A stretch of DNA of 64,000 bases from Chrysomallon squamiferum (lineage: Eukaryota > Animalia > Mollusca). Positions 61,918 to 64,000 of this stretch are shown here, piece after piece; the stretch's first letter is position 1; each line of letters begins with the position of its first letter. Made by a program: the position numbers and the translations under genes. The stretch is from the NCBI GenBank assembly GCA_012295275.1, contig CM022670.1:4278001-4342000 (forward strand), written 5' to 3'. A model generated the notes under the pieces. The model searched no databases and had not been told where the DNA came from. It worked only from the letters and a program-made list of their open reading frames with translations.

Positions 61918-63687
61918 ACAAACAATTACTGTTGTTTAAATATTGTTTTATATTAATAGTCTACAGTACATAGATAGTTTCATAATCTTTTAGTAATTAT
62001 TAGAGATGTCAAAATAAATTACAGCTTTCTTAAAACTAAAACATTATGCTTGCTGGTAGTTTTATTTTTGTAGTTAGTAAATTAATAAGACTGAAGAAAA
62101 CAAGCATGATTTTGTTATTTTCCCTTGACAGACCATGCATGTTTTGAACTTACACCCATTTTTATTTTGAGTTATAAACAAATATTATCTAGAAAAGAAC
62201 TGGATGAGTTTTGTAAATAAAATATAAAATTTTTATTTTGATTCCATTATTTTAAAAAAATGCATTGATCATATATTTTTCTTTTGTTAATTACATTTTG
62301 CCAAATATTTATCATTATTTATATAAGAATAATATATAAATATTTGTTTATAAGTTTAATTTTTTATTACATCTTTGTTATGTGTTGTTTGTTTTACATT
62401 GATAAACCTGTTTTAAATTTAGTAATTTAAAATTGTTATACATTGATAAATTATTTTTAATAGTAATGTAAAAGTTTAAAAGCAAAATATAATAAATCTG
62501 TATTTATTGTTTTGATCTTTCTAACTGCATTCAAAAAGAAAAATGTTTGCTTTCATTAATGAAAACTTGAACCTGTATCATACTAAGTTAGTGTTGTTTT
62601 TGTTTGTTTTGGGGGTTTTGTATTAATTTTATTACTAATTATTATTGTTATTGTTATTGCTATTGTTATTGTTATTGTTATTGTTATTATCATTTAAATA
62701 TATATTAAACAAATTTGAAATTTTCTTTTTCATATTTCTGATTGTTTAATTAACAGTTAACAGTCCATTTATAAGATTAAAACAAATAATAATAATAAAA
62801 TTAAATTCTTCATATTTTGTAAATACTATCCAACATAACTGTTAAATTAAACAATAACATTTTCAAAGGAAAAATACATTAAAGTATTGAAAATGGCAGA
62901 CCACAAACACAAGACTCAAACTTTAAAAAAAATGTTTGATTATTATTTGTATTTATTTCTGAATAATTCTGTTTTATGTTTGGCATCCCTGTGTGTAGCT
63001 GAATGTGTGTGAACTGCTGTGTGACAGTGTGTGTTACTTGTTATTTATTTGTCTGGTTATGTTCACAGAAGCCCATAGATCAGACTGGTACAATTCGAGG
63101 CTTTACTAGGCAGGGTTATTTATACCTCATGGAAAGAAGTGAGTAATGCTGTTATTATGTTTATTCTTATCTTTTTATTATTGATTTTATTACTTAGCTG
63201 GGGTATTTATTTATTCATTTATTCATTTATTTGTTTATTTATTTATTTATTTATTTATTTACTATTATTTTTTAATGTTCTTTTAGATATTGGTGTGTTT
63301 ATGGTAAATTTAATTTATCTTTTTATCTGGAGGGATTTTTGGTTATGTTTGTTATTATTATTTAAATTTTATACAAGATTTGTTTGCTATGTAAAGTTAA
63401 AATTATTTTAAACTTTTGTTGACTTTATTGTATTAATTATTTTAAGCTTTTTCCTCATTGGAAAAAAAATGAACACTATATATGGTCTCTCATTGTATTT
63501 TTTTGTTTTGAAGAAGGACAAATTTTGTAAGATCATTTCAACGTGTTTAAATCTTTTTGTTTATTTAGTGCTATCTTTTTTTATTTCAGAGGCACTTGGA
63601 ACAACATGGACTAAATATTACTGTCAATACAAAAAAGAAACCAAAGAATTCTTCATGATTCTTTTTAATCAGATTGGTGGAAAACTG
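45109..63687 (+). CDS. ARHGAP26: GRAF/oligophrenin-family Rho GTPase-activating protein (ARHGAP26/10/42-like), BAR domain and start of PH domain; 3'-partial, continues past the window
   Basis: Exons 45109-45262, 47730-47825, 56535-56596, 57234-57305, 57847-57948, 58184-58294, 58620-58723, 59096-59170, 63069-63138, 63590-63687. Starts [34 protein letters not shown] and contains [52 protein letters not shown] and TTWTKYYC. The paralog symbol is approximate. Confidence 0.93.
46088..46434. repeat. Dispersed repeat copy B (RhoGAP intron 1)
   Basis: Same orientation as copy A, with about 60 bp of extra internal sequence. Confidence 0.9.
47730..47825 (+). CDS. ARHGAP26: RhoGAP exon 2 (QLSRAQKSFAEDLKNFNFECIGNQQTDDEQCI)
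   Basis: ttgtag|...|gtaaga; phase 1/1. Confidence 0.93.
50160..50262. repeat. (ATTTTT)n hexamer repeat
   Basis: Direct reading. Confidence 0.9.
53252..53457. repeat. Interrupted (CA)n microsatellite
   Basis: Direct reading; similar tracts at 13152-13214 and 25882-25932. Confidence 0.97.
56535..56596 (+). CDS. ARHGAP26: RhoGAP exon 3 (ANSLNEFGKLICTIEDERDRL)
   Basis: tttcag|...|gtaagt. Confidence 0.92.
57234..57305 (+). CDS. ARHGAP26: RhoGAP exon 4 ([24 protein letters not shown])
   Basis: ttgcag|...|gtaatg. Confidence 0.92.
57443..57545. repeat. (ATT)n microsatellite
   Basis: Direct reading. Confidence 0.97.
57847..57948 (+). CDS. ARHGAP26: RhoGAP exon 5 (EGRKVFDKQTAKFCQSLERYLNMKTKVNETALQE)
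   Basis: tcacag|...|gtaaga. Confidence 0.92.
58184..58294 (+). CDS. ARHGAP26: RhoGAP exon 6 ([37 protein letters not shown])
   Basis: gtacag|...|gtaatt. Confidence 0.93.
58620..58723 (+). CDS. ARHGAP26: RhoGAP exon 7 ([35 protein letters not shown]), -1 nt as assembled
   Basis: ttacag|...|gttgaa; 104 nt between phase-0 junctions, so one base is missing near 58678-58681. Confidence 0.87.
59096..59170 (+). CDS. ARHGAP26: RhoGAP exon 8 (TRDSYQSTSQQAEQLMNKMLEVRGT)
   Basis: ttttag|...|gtaatt; end of BAR domain. Confidence 0.9.
60481..60945. repeat. About 54-bp minisatellite (about 8 copies), decaying into cattagacat repeats up to about 61320
   Basis: Unit tagtgatttttcacat(t)ataacatcattatatatctttttacatttttgtatcgt. 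Confidence 0.88.
61784..61804 (+). CDS. Candidate 21-nt frame-preserving micro-exon (PQFGQVL) in the BAR-PH linker
   Basis: cttgtag|CCACAGTTTGGACAGGTTTTG|gtaagg; phase 0/0, no stop. Confidence 0.45.
63069..63138 (+). CDS. ARHGAP26: RhoGAP exon 9 ([23 protein letters not shown]), PH domain start
   Basis: tcacag|...|gtgagt. Confidence 0.91.
63590..63687 (+). CDS. ARHGAP26: RhoGAP exon 10 (KALGTTWTKYYCQYKKETKEFFMILFNQIGGKL)
   Basis: tttcag|...|gtaaaa; PH domain W..YYC. Confidence 0.91.
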
Positions 63688-64000
63688 GTAAAATATTTTT
63701 CTAATTTTTTTTTAATCTCTTTTTATATTTTATCATTTCTCTTCAGAACTCCTTTTCAGCAAGTTTAGATAAAACTAAATAAACAAAGATATTCCATCAT
63801 GTATGTATCATAACTGATCTAAAACCATTTGGATGCTATGTTGAGATGTCTTTATACAAATGTTCATCAGTTTTCATCCTTACATTAAGATGTCACAAAA
63901 CAGGATTTCTTTATTTCTATAGGATAATAAAAAATTTAGAGATAAGATTTTAAGAATGAGCAATGGAGATGTTTAAGAAAATTGTATTATTTATTTTTTT

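Overview
AT-rich, microsatellite-laden animal genomic DNA, probably mollusc/gastropod; that assignment rests on recognising the repeats from memory, not on a search. The supplied ORF track is almost all noise, and the real genes are spliced. Three genes can be assembled by hand. (1) 30330-36953 (+): a 4-exon, 99-aa Rdx-family MIEN1/SelW2-like selenoprotein with an in-frame TGA in a CGGU redox motif, a C-terminal CaaX box (CMIM) and a canonical 3'UTR SECIS (37317-37394). (2) 44637-39709 (-): ZNF330/NOA36, 10 coding exons. (3) 45109 to beyond 63687 (+): the N-terminal BAR and PH part of a GRAF/oligophrenin-family RhoGAP (ARHGAP26/10/42-like), head-to-head with ZNF330 across a dyad-symmetric promoter. 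Three single-base indels interrupt otherwise intact exons and are probably assembly errors. No coding exon was recognised in 1-30000, which holds old SINE-like fragments, simple repeats and CpG-retaining islands with X-box, CRE, kB and TATA motifs. The most interesting signals lie in the selenoprotein mRNA: a second SECIS-like hairpin, an AATAAA inside the SECIS loop, and a structured Sec exon in which every Arg codon is CGN.
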